Source: Octopus sinensis (taxonomy: Eukaryota). From it: a stretch of DNA of 64,000 nt. Positions 40,245-52,372 of the stretch are shown here, piece by piece. The notes beneath the pieces are model-generated. The model saw only the letters and a list, made by a program, of their open reading frames with translations, searched no databases and had not been told where the DNA came from. The translations under genes were made by a program, and so were the position numbers. Positions within the stretch are counted from its first letter, which is position 1. Each line of letters begins with the position of its first letter. The stretch spans positions 26,908,001-26,972,000 of the forward strand of contig NC_043009.1 in assembly GCF_006345805.1 (NCBI RefSeq). The letters are read 5' to 3'.

Positions 40245-43200
40245 TTCCTTGAAATGCATTTCTGGATATAGAATTTTGCCATAAAATATTAAATTACTAG
40301 ACATTCGCTGTTTATAGCGCTTTCAAATAACTACAACCACAAACTAACCCAAATGCCTATTTTGTATTATGTTCCACTGGTGTACTATTTTATATAGTTA
40401 CAATAATTTTCGAGATTTCATTTGGAGTACACTGGTTTACAAAGAATTAATAATATTGGCGTTTATGAACTGAATACTTTTATCAGATCACCTCTGTTTT
40501 GTAGTTCAAGTTTTTGTACCATTTAAATGCATTAATGTTTCTATATGACCACGTCTAGTTTTACTATACTTAATGAAGTAATATATAGTCTGAGAAATGT
40601 CAAACTATAGACACAATTTTTTTAACAAGTTTCTAAATTGAAAATAATTATGTAAAGTTCATGTGGTTAGTTTTGAATTTGCATGACAGATTGATGTTTT
40701 ACATGTAAATAAGCGGAGGAAAGTATAACCTATGTTGGTCAACATTCCAGAAACACAGGATGCCTCTTCGAAAAACTCCCTCAACTGTTGCTGGACCAAG
40801 ATGGATGGTGTGTGCGCGTTAAAAATGTTCAATCAAGCTTGACCAGATGATCCTGATAGCTACTAAGGTATCAGCGAGAATGTTCTTAAGAACATAGAGT
40901 AGTTACAGAAAGTTTAGATGTAGATAAAGCATTGTAGTAGAAGACAAAGTTAGAGAAATGAAAAACTTGAATGTGTAATAAAAAATGTGTAGTATTGATG
41001 GCTGATGGCGTGCTTTATGTGGATATCTCTACCTTAAGTGTCCGAAATGTGATCGACGCATGTCACAGATATTTGGATAGTATTCTAGTGCATGATATAT
41101 ATTTGTGGATTTGAAAGAATATGATGTGTAGAATATTTTCTGATGTCGTATGCTGCTTGATGGGACTGGGGTCATCCCAGGTTAGTGGTCCCAGAGGCAT
41201 CATGCCTAGAGCCGACTAGGTCCACCAGTGTTCTTCATCACTGGCGGTCCTACACCAACCACTCTCCATCCTCTAAGGTGACGTCGAACCTCTGGAGATT
41301 TTCCTTAATCGCGTCCAGCCATTTGGTTCGAGACCTGCCACGAGGCCTCTTCCAGGCCACTGCTGCTGCGTCGAATGAGAGTAAAGTCCTAGCAGGAGAC
41401 AGAAGACAAATTTACTATTTACAATAAAGATGTCAATAGCATGTTTTATTATGTGATACGTGGTTTTTGTTTTCCAGGTTTGCCATGAGTATGTTATACT
41501 ACGGAGTGATTCTGAATTCTGTTGACATGGCTGGCGACCGTTACATAAATTTTCTGTTAATGGCAACTGTGGAGTTACCCTGCTACTTGACATCTTATTA
41601 TTTATTCAACTGTATTGACCATCGGAAGCCTATTAGTTTTTTTATGATGTTTAGTGGAATAAATTGCATCGTCTCAAATTTTATAACGAAAGGTAACGTA
41701 GATATATATATGATACATTTTTATAATTCTTATACTTTGCAAATAAACTCGATCATTTTTGATTCTATGAAGTAAAAAAAAAATATATCGTAATTGAATT
41801 AGTTTGGGACATATTTCATGGGAAGAATATTACAATGCAGGAAAAACATTATTCAATGAATAATATTGTTGTTTTCAGTAAATGTTAACTTTTCACATTA
41901 TTTCTAATCGATTCCTCTTTGAAATAAAATTCGTGAAGGCGTGTAGTCTAGTGGTTAGAGTATTACTATCGAATCTTTTTTCTGTTTGGCTGCCAATTTT
42001 CAATTTCTTCAATTTTTGTTCCAATTGATTTCATATTTGGTGTAATAATGTAGATTTGTATGTAAAGTAATCTAAAGACAAAGTCTTCAACGATACCAAA
42101 GTGCCAACATATAATTATTTATATCATATTTTTTTCAAATCACTGGTTGTTTTAGAGATATAAAATGTAGCTAGTAAGAGTTCCAATAATTTAGCACCAA
42201 ATTATTATTACGGCAAAAACTTCGAAGAAATAAAATTTTGGATTAAATGTGCCAAAATATCAGAGATAGACGTACTGATAAAACACTGTTTTAAATCTAC
42301 ATAATGCGTAATGCAATGATTGCACTAATTAAATATTGATTTTATTGTGTTTAAGGTTCATTCTGGTTTCCTCTGATCCTGGTTATTCTAGGAAAATTTG
42401 GAGTCTCTGCAGCTTTTGCTTCAATTTTTCTTTTATCAGCAGAAATATTTCCGACAGTTGTTAGGTAAGTATGTTTGAGAGTTTTTTGTGAAAATGTGAG
42501 AATTTTAATTGACCATGTTGATACAGTTCTCCCTTGTTTGTGGTTTGAGGAATTTGATCACAGCAACATTGTGTCTTTGGCTGAGAAAATATAGCTCTTA
42601 GTTTGGCTGTGTGCCAAGATATCGGTCAGGTGAGGTGTTCGCGCATGCGCTGTTATAGCGCGTTGTTGCATTCACCATTTGTCGGTATATTTCTGGGTAT
42701 ATTCTTGGGTCTTCCTGGGCGAGCCGTCAAGCAGAGTCCCAGCCAGTTTCCATCTCCGCGAAATACTTCCTCATCTGCCAAAACCATGTGGCATGTGGTT
42801 GACCAACAAACACGAGGCGTCAACCCAACCAACTCTCAGTGAGGGGAATATGGTAAGCGGGGGTCTAACTCGGAAAATTGAACAACATGGCCAAACTGCT
42901 TGAGTGTCAGCTCAGACTGTATGAGACAGAGACAAATACAAACAATTATCTTTCACTTAATACATTGTAATACTCTAAAATTTATTTCCGAGATTATCAT
43001 CACATCAGGAGTACCGATCTCTGTTTTTACTCTGACAAATCTATAAAATGCCGATGAAAAAACGGTACTGGTTTGTTTGCATCCTCGTCTGTTAGCGGTT
43101 CATCAATAGAAACCGATAGAATAAGTACCAGACTTTAAAAAAGGTATCGAGGTCGATTTGTTCGAGTAAAACCCTTCAATGTGGTGTCCCAAGATGATCG

Positions 43201-45203
43201 CAGTCACATGACTAAAACAAGTAGAAGTTCAAAAGTATTTCGAAAGCCTTTATCTGTAAGACCATGGGACTGGTAGCGTGACAGATAGCTCTATGTGTTT
43301 GACCTTTCTTCAGTTTTCTCATACAAGGTAAACAATAAAAAAACAAAAGACATCAAAATCTGGAGCGTTTCGACCAAGAGAGGTGACAAAAGTACCTTAA
43401 CATTATTCCTCTTGAATTTTGCCCCAACTTTACCACTTCCACTATTCTCGGGCCATTGACATCAAGATTGCAGGCATAGCCGCAGCTTTAGAAGAATACT
43501 TTATATCTTTCTGCTTTGGATTCGATTCCTTTGAGAGGTTCATCGGATAAGTTTCTTGTAGTATAACTTCAGGTCGAACAAAGAACTGTAAGTGGAAAAT
43601 GCGAGGAAGCCCAGAATGATGGACTATATACTTCCTCATTAAAATTCATAAACCCTAAAACATGAGCCTGAGAAAATTAAAAGCATAATTCAGTTCTTCC
43701 TGAGCCCATCGAATGTGTTGCTGTCTACCCTCCCGATCGTGCCCATACAGGCGTCAGCTAGTTGAGGGAGATTTCTTACTAAGAGCATCTAGAAGAAAAA
43801 GACCTATAAGGTCACACTTCTCAGCGCTGTCGAATGCTCCCATTGCAACATCTAAGGAGCCTTTTGGATTAGTTCGCTTCATCCAGGTTTTTCTGGTTTG
43901 CATGATAACGCTTATGTTCTCATCGTAATTTTAGTATAGTTCTTAGTGAAGCCGAGTGCCCTATATAACAAATCTCGTAATAGGCTACTGCTTGATAAGG
44001 TAGTTCCTGGGGCTAAATATTAGTGACTTAAGTGTGATTCCTTCTGTTGTGACAAAGATAGAGGCCATCGTTACACGATAACATGGATATCACACATTGT
44101 CTCCAAGCGGAATAATTGTAAACTCAATGGTAGAGATTATCTAACAATAAATATATAACTGGTGGTCATACAGTTTACGGTTGTCGGCATGTGTAATAAA
44201 CGCCATTGCATCCTATCTACTGTACAGAGAGTTTATGGGAGCCATTTCAGTTTGATATTTGTAAGGTTAGTGAATAAAAGGAAAACACGATCGGGAGGTA
44301 GTTTTAGATGAATGCATTCTGGGAGATTGAGTAGTGTCCCGTGTATAATGTCAGTTATAATGATAAGAACAGGTTGACTAAAGGTAAGTGTAACAAATAC
44401 TTTAGTTATTGGTGGTATACGGTCAATAATTTCAAAAAAATGATATAACGGAATGATTACTTACGTTCATTGCGGTGCTTGTCATTGAAAGCATTCTATT
44501 AGAGCGGTTAGCTATCTTTGTATGTGGTCCCAGCTACAGGTTATTGAGACAGGTACACCAATTTAGATATGTAAGTATATCTTATGCAGGTCATGTGATC
44601 ACTGGAACGTTGATAATTTTTCAGAGGGAAAGTATTTCTATTCAATTGTTTTTCAATATTACAGATCAAAAAAGGCGACTGGCTGTCTGAACCGTTAGTA
44701 CGTCGGGCAAAATACTTAGCGGCATTTCGTCTGTCTTTATGTTCTGAGTTCAAATTCCACCGAGGCCGACTTTGCTTTTCATCCCTTCAGGGTCGATAAA
44801 ATAAGTACCATTCGAGTATTGGAATTGTACTTATTAACCCCTGAAATTGCTGATCTTGTGTCAAAATTTGGGACTAATATTACTGATCAAACAAATTTCA
44901 TAAATACCCCATGTATCAATTTTCATTTCTGGACACGTTGTCGAGTTCTCATAGAGCTACACGTATATACTAACCAATATAATTCTTGTTTTCAGAGCAA
45001 ACGGAATAGGGATGGCTTCAATGTTTGCCCGTCTTGGTAGTATGTGTGCACCCTTCATTCTTCAGCTCTCATCCTATGCCAAATGGCTTCCTCTGAGTAT
45101 TTACAGCGTTCTTTCGATTATATCCGGATTATTGTTGCTGTTACTTCCAGAAACGAAGGATAAAGACTTACCTCAAGAAATTGACGATTTGGATAAATGG
45201 TAG
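30411..45203 (+). CDS. SLC22-family organic cation/anion transporter-like gene B, complete, 9 coding exons, 551 aa
   Basis: Exons 30411-30462, 34201-34574, 35637-35740, 37103-37257, 39049-39217, 39793-40062, 41478-41692, 42356-42464 and 44996-45203 sum to 1656 nt, with all phases compatible and all introns GT-AG. Motifs: [52 protein letters not shown]. Confidence 0.93.
30705..30908. mobile_element. mariner-like MITE
   Basis: TIRs CGACAGAATGCTGAAAATTTCCTGG / CCAGGAACTTTTCAGCAGACCGTCG with TA flanks. Related fragments occur at ~28330-28447 and ~37480-37636. Confidence 0.75.
31952..31994 (-). ncRNA. Minimal type I hammerhead ribozyme motif, U3:A8 core variant
   Basis: Minus strand reads GCUGCA-UUGAUAA-AGGG CAAAUA CCCU-GAAAC AU GUC-UGCAGC. 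It has a perfect 6-bp stem I, a 4-bp stem II, a palindromic stem III (ACAUGU) and a GUC cleavage triplet. Confidence 0.75.
32093..32403. mobile_element. Fold-back MITE with ~125-bp arms, in intron 1 of gene B
   Basis: ATGGCGGGCTTATTCACAATGCATTT...GATAAAATCTTT is mirrored by AAAGATTTTATC...AAATGCATTGCGAATAAGCTCGCCAT. Confidence 0.8.
33525..33960 (-). mobile_element. SINE family 1, full length, CpG-rich
   Basis: A complete copy matching 960-1398. Confidence 0.8.
34201..34574 (+). CDS. SLC22 gene B exon 2 (TM1 and the large Cys-containing, N-glycosylation-rich loop)
   Basis: tttcag|ATATATCAG ... AGCGAG|gtgagt; within ORF 34170-34604. Confidence 0.92.
35637..35740 (+). CDS. SLC22 gene B exon 3
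   Basis: [35 protein letters not shown]; cttcag| and |gtaaga. Confidence 0.92.
36771..37003. repeat. Penelope-like inverted repeat carrying a hammerhead motif (36912-36957, + strand)
   Basis: Arms 36771-36871 and 36887-37003. The right arm reads AACAC-CTGATGA-AGGCTG...CAGAC-GAAAC-GTT-GCGGT; the left-arm core is mutated to CTAACGA. Confidence 0.8.
37103..37257 (+). CDS. SLC22 gene B exon 4
   Basis: [51 protein letters not shown]; tttag| and |gtaagt. Confidence 0.9.
38025..38327 (-). mobile_element. tRNA-derived SINE family 3
   Basis: Minus-strand head GGAGGCGCAATGGCCTAGTGGTTAGGGCAGCGGACTCGCGG...GGTTTCGATTCCC; 3' end in CACGTGAT-like repeats. Confidence 0.8.
39049..39217 (+). CDS. SLC22 gene B exon 5
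   Basis: [14 protein letters not shown]...PHWKNLEL...FSW; ttcag| and |gtgagt. Confidence 0.92.
39793..40062 (+). CDS. SLC22 gene B exon 6
   Basis: WIPESPRWL...[22 protein letters not shown]; ccag| and |gtaaat. Confidence 0.92.
41160..41400 (-). mobile_element. RTE-like LINE 3' fragment
   Basis: Minus frame reads [20 protein letters not shown]...DR, with stops. Confidence 0.65.
41478..41692 (+). CDS. SLC22 gene B exon 7
   Basis: [34 protein letters not shown]...; tccag| and |gtaacg. Confidence 0.92.
42356..42464 (+). CDS. SLC22 gene B exon 8
   Basis: [36 protein letters not shown]; ttaag| and |gtaagt. Confidence 0.92.
44996..45203 (+). CDS. SLC22 gene B exon 9 (terminal)
   Basis: [20 protein letters not shown]...[19 protein letters not shown]. 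Confidence 0.9.
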
Positions 45204-45480
45204 AAAATGACATCGTACTATAAGAAAGAGGGAGAAAGAGAAAGAATAAAAATGATTACAAAGGCAAACCATAGTATTTTAGTTTACTTTAGTAATTTTT
45301 AGTCTGTTTTTTTTTGTAATAGTTTTAACGTTATTTTATTTTTACCCTTGTCTTACGACGAACACTTCGAGCGATGGTTCCTTCTGACAAAGAACAATAT
45401 GAATTGTGTCGGTGTTGAGTCAGAATCAAAAACTCGATTCCCAGTAAATTACTGTCACATAATATATATGTATATGTATG

Positions 45481-45520
<40 letters not shown>

Positions 45521-46619
45521 ATTGCAATCTATAACTCAACTGCTTCAATAAAGTCACGGTTTTCTTCTTCTTCTTCTTCTTCTTCTTCTTCTTCTTCTTC
45601 TTCTTCTTCTTCTTCTTCTTCTTCCTTCTTCTTCTTCTTCTTCTTCTCCCTTCCCCTGCCTCCTTTTTTCTCCTCTTACTCTTTCCCACCGTCACCCTCA
45701 GCATCGTCGTTGTTGTCACCACAGCTGCTGCTGCCATTATCGTAGAAATTGTTATTATCATTATCATGACCATGATCATCATTATTATGACGATAATGAC
45801 CCTCCACCTCCTCCCACTCCTCATCCCTATCCAACTCCTCCCTCCACTCCCCTCCTCTTCGACCTCATCATCCCCCTCCTGTACCCCTCTTCTCCATCAC
45901 TTCTACCTCTGCTCACTCCGAAACGTATGTTAGACAACTCACGATATCTTTTGAGATTATGATGGCGTCCTCAGCGACTTACAATCACCTGTGGATGCTA
46001 ATAAGCTGGTCTAACGAAATTTCTATGAGTATTAATTAGTCTTACGAGTGTAGAGGACTGGATTCGAAAAGGGAGCCAAATCAGATCTCAGATATCAGTC
46101 TTCCTTGATACTTGGTGGACCAGGAACTACAACAGAAAAGAATGAATCTTGCTTCTACCATAAAACGAGACATCATTGGTGGGTATGCACCACAAAAACA
46201 TTCCTATTTAGGTTTTCGGTATTGTCAGTACGAGCATGAATCCTTCAGTTCGCTAACTAAAAATTGCTGAGTCGAAGAATGCTAACTTATCTTATACTCG
46301 AAAATGGTTCAACGAGGATTACTGCAGAGCACACTACAGTATTCAAGTTGTAAGAAACATGCACGCGTGTGTGAACCCTTCATTCATTTTTGTGGGCATG
46401 GTTACTGACGCACACACACAAACATTGGAATCATATCCTTGCGATCACACGAAGTATACTAAGATCGATTAAACATTGACCGCAAACGAAGTTTCTTAAA
46501 GAATTCATGTGACATAATGGCTTTTCCCTGATAATCTGGAAATTTTACGTAAGCAAAACAACTCAGTACTCTGTAAGATCTGCACCAGATGCTGTATTAT
46601 CATGTAATAATTTTGTAGT

Positions 46620-46830
46620 AAGGCGGCGAGCTGGCAGAAACGTTAGCCCGCCGCGCGAATTGCTTAGCGGTATTTAGTTTGTCTTTACGTTCTAAGTTCA
46701 AATTCCGTCGAGGTCTACTTTACCTTTCATCTTTTCGGAGTTGATAAATTAAGTACTACTTGCGTACCGGGGTTGGTATAATCGACTGGTCCCCTCCCCC
46801 AAAATTTCAGGCCTTGTGTCTAGAGTAGAA
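46620..46830 (+). mobile_element. SINE family 2 (Nin-domain-like)
   Basis: AAGGCGGCGAGCTGGCAGAAACGTTAGC...CTTTCATCTTTTCGGAGTTGATAAATTAAGTAC. Confidence 0.75.
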
Positions 46831-47029
46831 AAGAAACGTTAGGACGAAATACTTTCGCCTGGCGAAAATGCTTAGCGGTATTTCTCGTCTGTTTGTTACT
46901 GAAAATCTATTGTTGGAGTATGTTCGTAAAGTAAGATTGTTATATCATTACACCTCTTGTTGTGTATATTATTGGCCTTATTGTTTTAAAAATTGTATTA
47001 TAGTTTTCTTTCGAAAGCTATCTGTGGTT

Positions 47030-48928
47030 TTCCCCTGTGGGGGAAAACATTAATTGCCGGCAAGATGCCGAAAAGTGTGTCTTCGTCAGGTGAAGATTCA
47101 TCGACTGAGCGGGAAGTGAGGAAGATAGAAAGTTTAATTTTTGATAACGTTTCTGATGTTTCGGAAAGTGAATTCCCTGCATTACCAAAAGTTACGGGTA
47201 CCGAAAGAAATATAGAAGCAAAGACCATTCAAAATGGAGAAAGAAAAAGTTTTGCGTCAGCAGCTGGAAGTGGAACACGATAGCTGTCAACTGGCAAAAA
47301 AGAATTATTAAAATACAAGGAAATGATAACGGTACAAGATGGAGTGGTAAAAGTGGAAATAGCAGAAGAACACTTAACGGCTGAAAAAAGGAAAATTATA
47401 ATTTTAATACATTCTGCTTAAAAGCTCGAAAATTGACAAGATATGTGAGCAAAAGATTGAAAAATGTTTAAAACCCACCTGGCAGGACATTACATACCTA
47501 GCCAGAGGGATGAAGTTTGGAACCATCGAGGTGAGGTTCAAGAACGCAGAAACGGCACAACAACACTCTGTAAAATAATTAGAGTCGGAAGACACAATAT
47601 TAATCCCAATTTACATGGGAATGAGAACGTCTAAGGTTAGAATACCAAGAGTTCCACCAGGGGTAAACCCTATGTGTTTGATGGAGGCAGTCCTGGCAAA
47701 CAGGGAGGATAATATAAACCTCCTGCAGGCTACCGTCACAGAATATACATATTGGACTGGACAAATGCTCAACCTGCTACTGCAGGCAGAGCAGAAAATT
47801 TTGGAACAGCTCCCAGAAATAGTAGAAGTAGGGGAGGAAGTTCTGAATATCTTTGCTGAGGGGCGTAAGCCCCGATTTTTCCACTGTGGCCAACTGGGTC
47901 ACATTAAAAAATATTGTAAAGAAGGTGAAGAAGAATCGGACGTTGAGGAGGAAGAAAGAGAGAGAGAAACTGAAGGAAAAATAAATATAACAAAAGGAAA
48001 ATGGGAGGCTCGAACCAGCAAAAGCAGAGCGAGCAAAGACCAAAAAAAAAGACAGCCAAGAGGGACAGATCGAGGATGGCGGAGGGGGAGACGGACAGAG
48101 GAATAGTTGCACTACACAACAAAAACGAGGACTTAATGCGTGATATAAAAACGAAAAAATCAGCCACTAGGCTAATTGAACGATCAGAAAAATATAAAAA
48201 TTATGAATTTTACGAAGTGGACAAAAACCATATAATATCTTGTGTAGCACGCATAGAAAATCGGTCTCATCGTTGAGATTTGATTTTCATCAATCTATAC
48301 TTGAAGGCTTGCTACCTCCGATCCTAAGTCAAGAAAATGTGGAGAGTCCCTGTCCACAGGATGTCCTGATCTAAAAGGTAAGTCACGTCTATTCACATTG
48401 GTTGTATATATGTCCGTGGCCTGATGTTGAGTTGGAAGCAAGGGAGCTTCCTAAATGACATCAGGTCAAGAAATTTGGATGTAATTGTTGCAACGGAAAC
48501 CCGGATGACGGGGCCAAGAGATCTGCTCTCCCTCCTGAACGGCTACGAGAAATACGTTTCTCCAAGTCGGACGGGGGTGGTGTGTTGGTTCTACTAAAAC
48601 GAAACCGAGAAAAAGTGTTTTTTTCTGATCTAGTAGGCAGGCTGGTCGTTCAGTTGTGGTAAGACAATCAGGCTGGTTGCAATTTTTGCACCGAACGTTA
48701 TGGGTCCGCAAAGTGAATATTTTCGTGACCTGGACAAGTTCCTGGCCACGTCGTATTCGCTAGTATTGATAGGAGATTTTAACACTTTGCGGACCCATAA
48801 CGTTGGGTGTAAAAATTCCTCAGTATTACATATTTTTAATATGGAAATTTAAAGAGAAAATAATAATAATAATAATAATAATGATAATAATAATAATAAT
48901 AATAATGATAATAATAATAATAATAATG

Positions 48929-48998
<70 letters not shown>

Positions 48999-49320
48999 TG
49001 GCGCATTCCAAAATAGATAAATGCATAGTCAGCTACAGTGATCACAAGATGGTTACCTGTAAGCTGACAGTAGATAAGTTACATAGACAGAGATCTGGCT
49101 ACTGGAAACTCAATACGTCCCTTTTGACGATGGAGGAGTACATAAAGCAGATCAAGAAGTTAATTTAGAGGGCATTGACAGGTACCATCATTAATAATAA
49201 ATGGTGGTACGCCCTAAAAAGAGTAATGAAATATGAGTCTATAAGGTTTAACGTAAGTTTAGCTGAGAAGGGACGTAGAATAAGAAATGGTATAGTTAAG
49301 GAACTAGAAAAGCTTTGAGG
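47030..49320 (+). mobile_element. Tx1/L1-like LINE relic (ORF1 plus APE endonuclease of ORF2), 3'-truncated and degenerate
   Basis: ORF1 pieces end in a decayed zinc knuckle (RFFHCGQLGHIKKYC). ORF2 motifs: IGCIYVRGL, LDVIVATETR, VLIGDFN, YSDHKMV, SGYWKLNTSLL. Confidence 0.8.
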
Positions 49321-49546
49321 TCTGGTAATGCGGACCAAGCACACGGTTCCGGGTTCAGTTCCATTGCGTGGCACCTTGGGCAAGTGTCTTCTACTATGGC
49401 CTCGGGCAGACCAAAGCCTTGCGAGTGGATTTGGTAGACGGAAACTGAAAGAAGCCGTCGTATATATATATATATATATGTATGTATATTTGTTTGTATA
49501 TATATATGTATGCATGTATGTTTGTATATATATATGTATGTATGTT

Positions 49547-49589
<43 letters not shown>

Positions 49590-49604
49590 GTTTGTATATA
49601 TATA

Positions 49605-49998
49605 CTAGCAGTATCGCCCGGCGTTGCTCGGGTTTGTAAGGGAAATAATTATATAAGCATTTTTAGAGATGTAAAGTATAATAGCCATCTCAATATGGCT
49701 AACCACAAAGGGGGAGGGGTGTTACTGTAGCTTTTTACGTTCTGAGATTTAATAATAAATTTTAGAGAGTTACTTCCCTTATATATGTCAAAAATGGATT
49801 AAAAATGGGAAAAATTGATGGTAAATTTTTTTTAAATCGTAGACTCATCGTAGACGCGCGCTAATACCCAGACGGTCTCGATATGAATCACGACTATAAG
49901 ATACCCGGTTTTGGTTAAACTGCACCGCAAAATGTGGGAGTAGTTAGGAATCTAAATCGTAGGAGCCAGACACACAACCTCACTTTTATATATAAAGA
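49605..49998 (-). mobile_element. Non-autonomous Helitron
   Basis: Minus strand begins TC(TTTATATATAAAAG) and ends with the hairpin CCCGAGCAACGCCGGG followed by CTAG. It is inserted between A and T. Confidence 0.85.
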
Positions 49999-50163
49999 TT
50001 TCCTCTATTTACATAATATTGAGGTCTCTTTCTTTCTTTTGTTATCTTACTGTTTTTACCAATATACATATATATATATATATATAAATATATATATAGT
50101 TACAGAGATGTACTTGCATAGCAAGTGACTTGATCTGAGATCGTGTGCTGGAACGAAAACAGT

Positions 50164-50420
50164 TGCAGCGTTGAAGGTGTTTATAAGCCATTTAAGAAAC
50201 ACACAAAAACCGTTAGATTCACTTCAACATTTAAATTTAATTTGTCAAAATATTTTCGTCGCTTTGAGACCGCGACCTGTTAGCACGATATTTTTGTCAG
50301 TGAACAGGTCGCGGTCTCAAAGCGACGAAAATATTTTGGCAAATTAAATTTAAATGTTGAAGTGAATGTAACGGTTTTTGTGTGTTTCTTAAATGGCTTA
50401 CAAACATCTTCCACGCTGCA
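50164..50420. repeat. Penelope-like fold-back with ~118-bp arms
   Basis: TGCAGCGTTGAAGG...GACCGCGACCTGTT is mirrored by AACAGGTCGCGGTC...CTTCCACGCTGCA. Confidence 0.85.
50293..50343 (+). ncRNA. Minimal hammerhead-like motif, G3:C8 core variant
   Basis: UUUGUCA-GUGAACA-G-GUCGC GGUCUCAAA GCGAC-GAAA AUAUUU-UGGCAAA. It has a 7-bp stem I with one G-U pair, a 5-bp stem II and a palindromic stem III. Confidence 0.6.
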
Positions 50421-50774
50421 ATATATATATACACATATATATATATATGTATGTATGTATGTATGTGTGTATGCATGTATGTGTGTGTGTGCGTGTCTGT
50501 GCTTGTGATTGTCCTCCACCACTGCTTGACAACGAATGTTGGTTTGTTTACATCCCTGTCACCTAGTGGTTTGACAAAGGAAACAGATAGAATAAGTACA
50601 ATGCTTACAAAAATAAAACTGGAGTTGATTCATTAAACTACAATTCTTCAAGGCATTGCCCCAGCATGGCCACAGACCAATGGCTGGAAAAAGCAGAAGA
50701 ATAAAAGAATACATTCTCTGCTTTGGTCTTATGTTCAAGGCATGAGAAAGCTTGAGTTTACATGAGAAGGCCTA

Positions 50775-51040
50775 ACAGACCTGGTAGAAACAGCAGCCAA
50801 ATCTCCCTCAAATCACACCTTACTGTCTTATGTATATATATATATATGAGCCAATGAGGGGGACCTCTACATGGTAGCTAGACCTGGTAGAAATAGCAGC
50901 CAAATTTCCCCCAAATCACACCTTACTGTCTTATCTATGTATATATGTATGTATGAGCCTATGAGGGAGACCCCTACATGGCAGCTAGACATGGTAGAAA
51001 TAGCAGCCAAATCTCCCTCAAATCACACCTTACTGTCTTA
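50775..51040. repeat. Three tandem ~105-bp units
   Basis: AGACCTGGTAGAAA.AGCAGCCAAAT.TCCC.CAAATCACACCTTACTGTCTTA occurs three times. Confidence 0.8.
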
Positions 51041-51556
51041 TCTTTCTGCTACTTCGATATAGGTCTTATATTCGTCGTAAAAAACTTTCCTGTCACACAC
51101 TCACGCACACGCACACACACACACACACACGCACACGCACACACACACACTCACACACACGCACGTTAGCTTACAATTTTATTTATATATTTGCGTGTCT
51201 ATGTGTGGAAAGAGGAAGTGGGAGGCAGAGTGAAAGAATCACTCACTACAGTAAGTGAATTACTTTCATTTTATTCGTTGCCCACTGTGTGTGTGCGTTT
51301 GCGTGTGGTGTAAACCAGACTAAGAAAAGCATTTGACACACACGCCAGAATGTGAGTTTTCTGTAAATTTTGCTTAATTGGAGTTTAAATTTTAAAAACT
51401 GGACCTGGCATGACGCGATGCATTGTACTCTTAAAAATGCTAGGTAAATTGTAATTGAAGAAATCCTATATTGTAGATTTCTATAACTCCCAAAGGGAGG
51501 CAGATAAAATCTGCCTTTTATAATAAGAGATGTATGTATGTATGTATGTATGTTTG

Positions 51557-51594
<38 letters not shown>

Positions 51595-51609
51595 TATATA
51601 TATATACAC

Positions 51610-51692
<83 letters not shown>

Positions 51693-51876
51693 AATAAGAA
51701 AATGGAGAAACAAACTTGGTTTGTTCATCAACTTACGGATATTATAATGGATTATTTATTCATTTTACAAATGAGAACATCAAAAGCATACAAAAAATAT
51801 TATACCAACAGTATATTGGATAAATTATATCCCATAGTGGGTTACACCCATAACCCCTATCTTACTTTGTAATATG

Positions 51877-51909
<33 letters not shown>

Positions 51910-52321
51910 TTGTATGTATGTATTTGTGAGTGTGTGCCTCTGTTCGTCCCTCCACAATCGCTTGACAACCGATGCTGGTGTGTTTACATCTCCGTAAATT
52001 TGCGGTTCGGCAAAAGAAACTGATAGAATAAGTACCGGTTGAGTACTGGAGTCGATCTAATCGACTTAGCCCCTCCCCTCAAATTTCAGGCCTTGTGCCA
52101 ATAACAGAAGAGATACTTTTTCCGTCCCTTCGTGTCCTAAGTTCAAATTCCACACTTGTTGACTTTACCTTTCATAATTCCGAAGTCGATAAAATAAGTA
52201 CCAGTTGAGCACTGGAGTCAACCTAATTAACTATCCCGTTTCCACCAAAATTGCTGGCCTTGTACCAAAATTTGAAACTGTTATGTAAATTAGTAACTGA
52301 AGTTAATTTTGGAATGCGCCA

Positions 52322-52372
<51 letters not shown>

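Noticed and set aside
43300-44450. Possible old retroelement coding relic (also ~23100-24350 and ~40700-41150)
   Set aside because: The composition is suggestive, but I could not read diagnostic motifs without a translated search.
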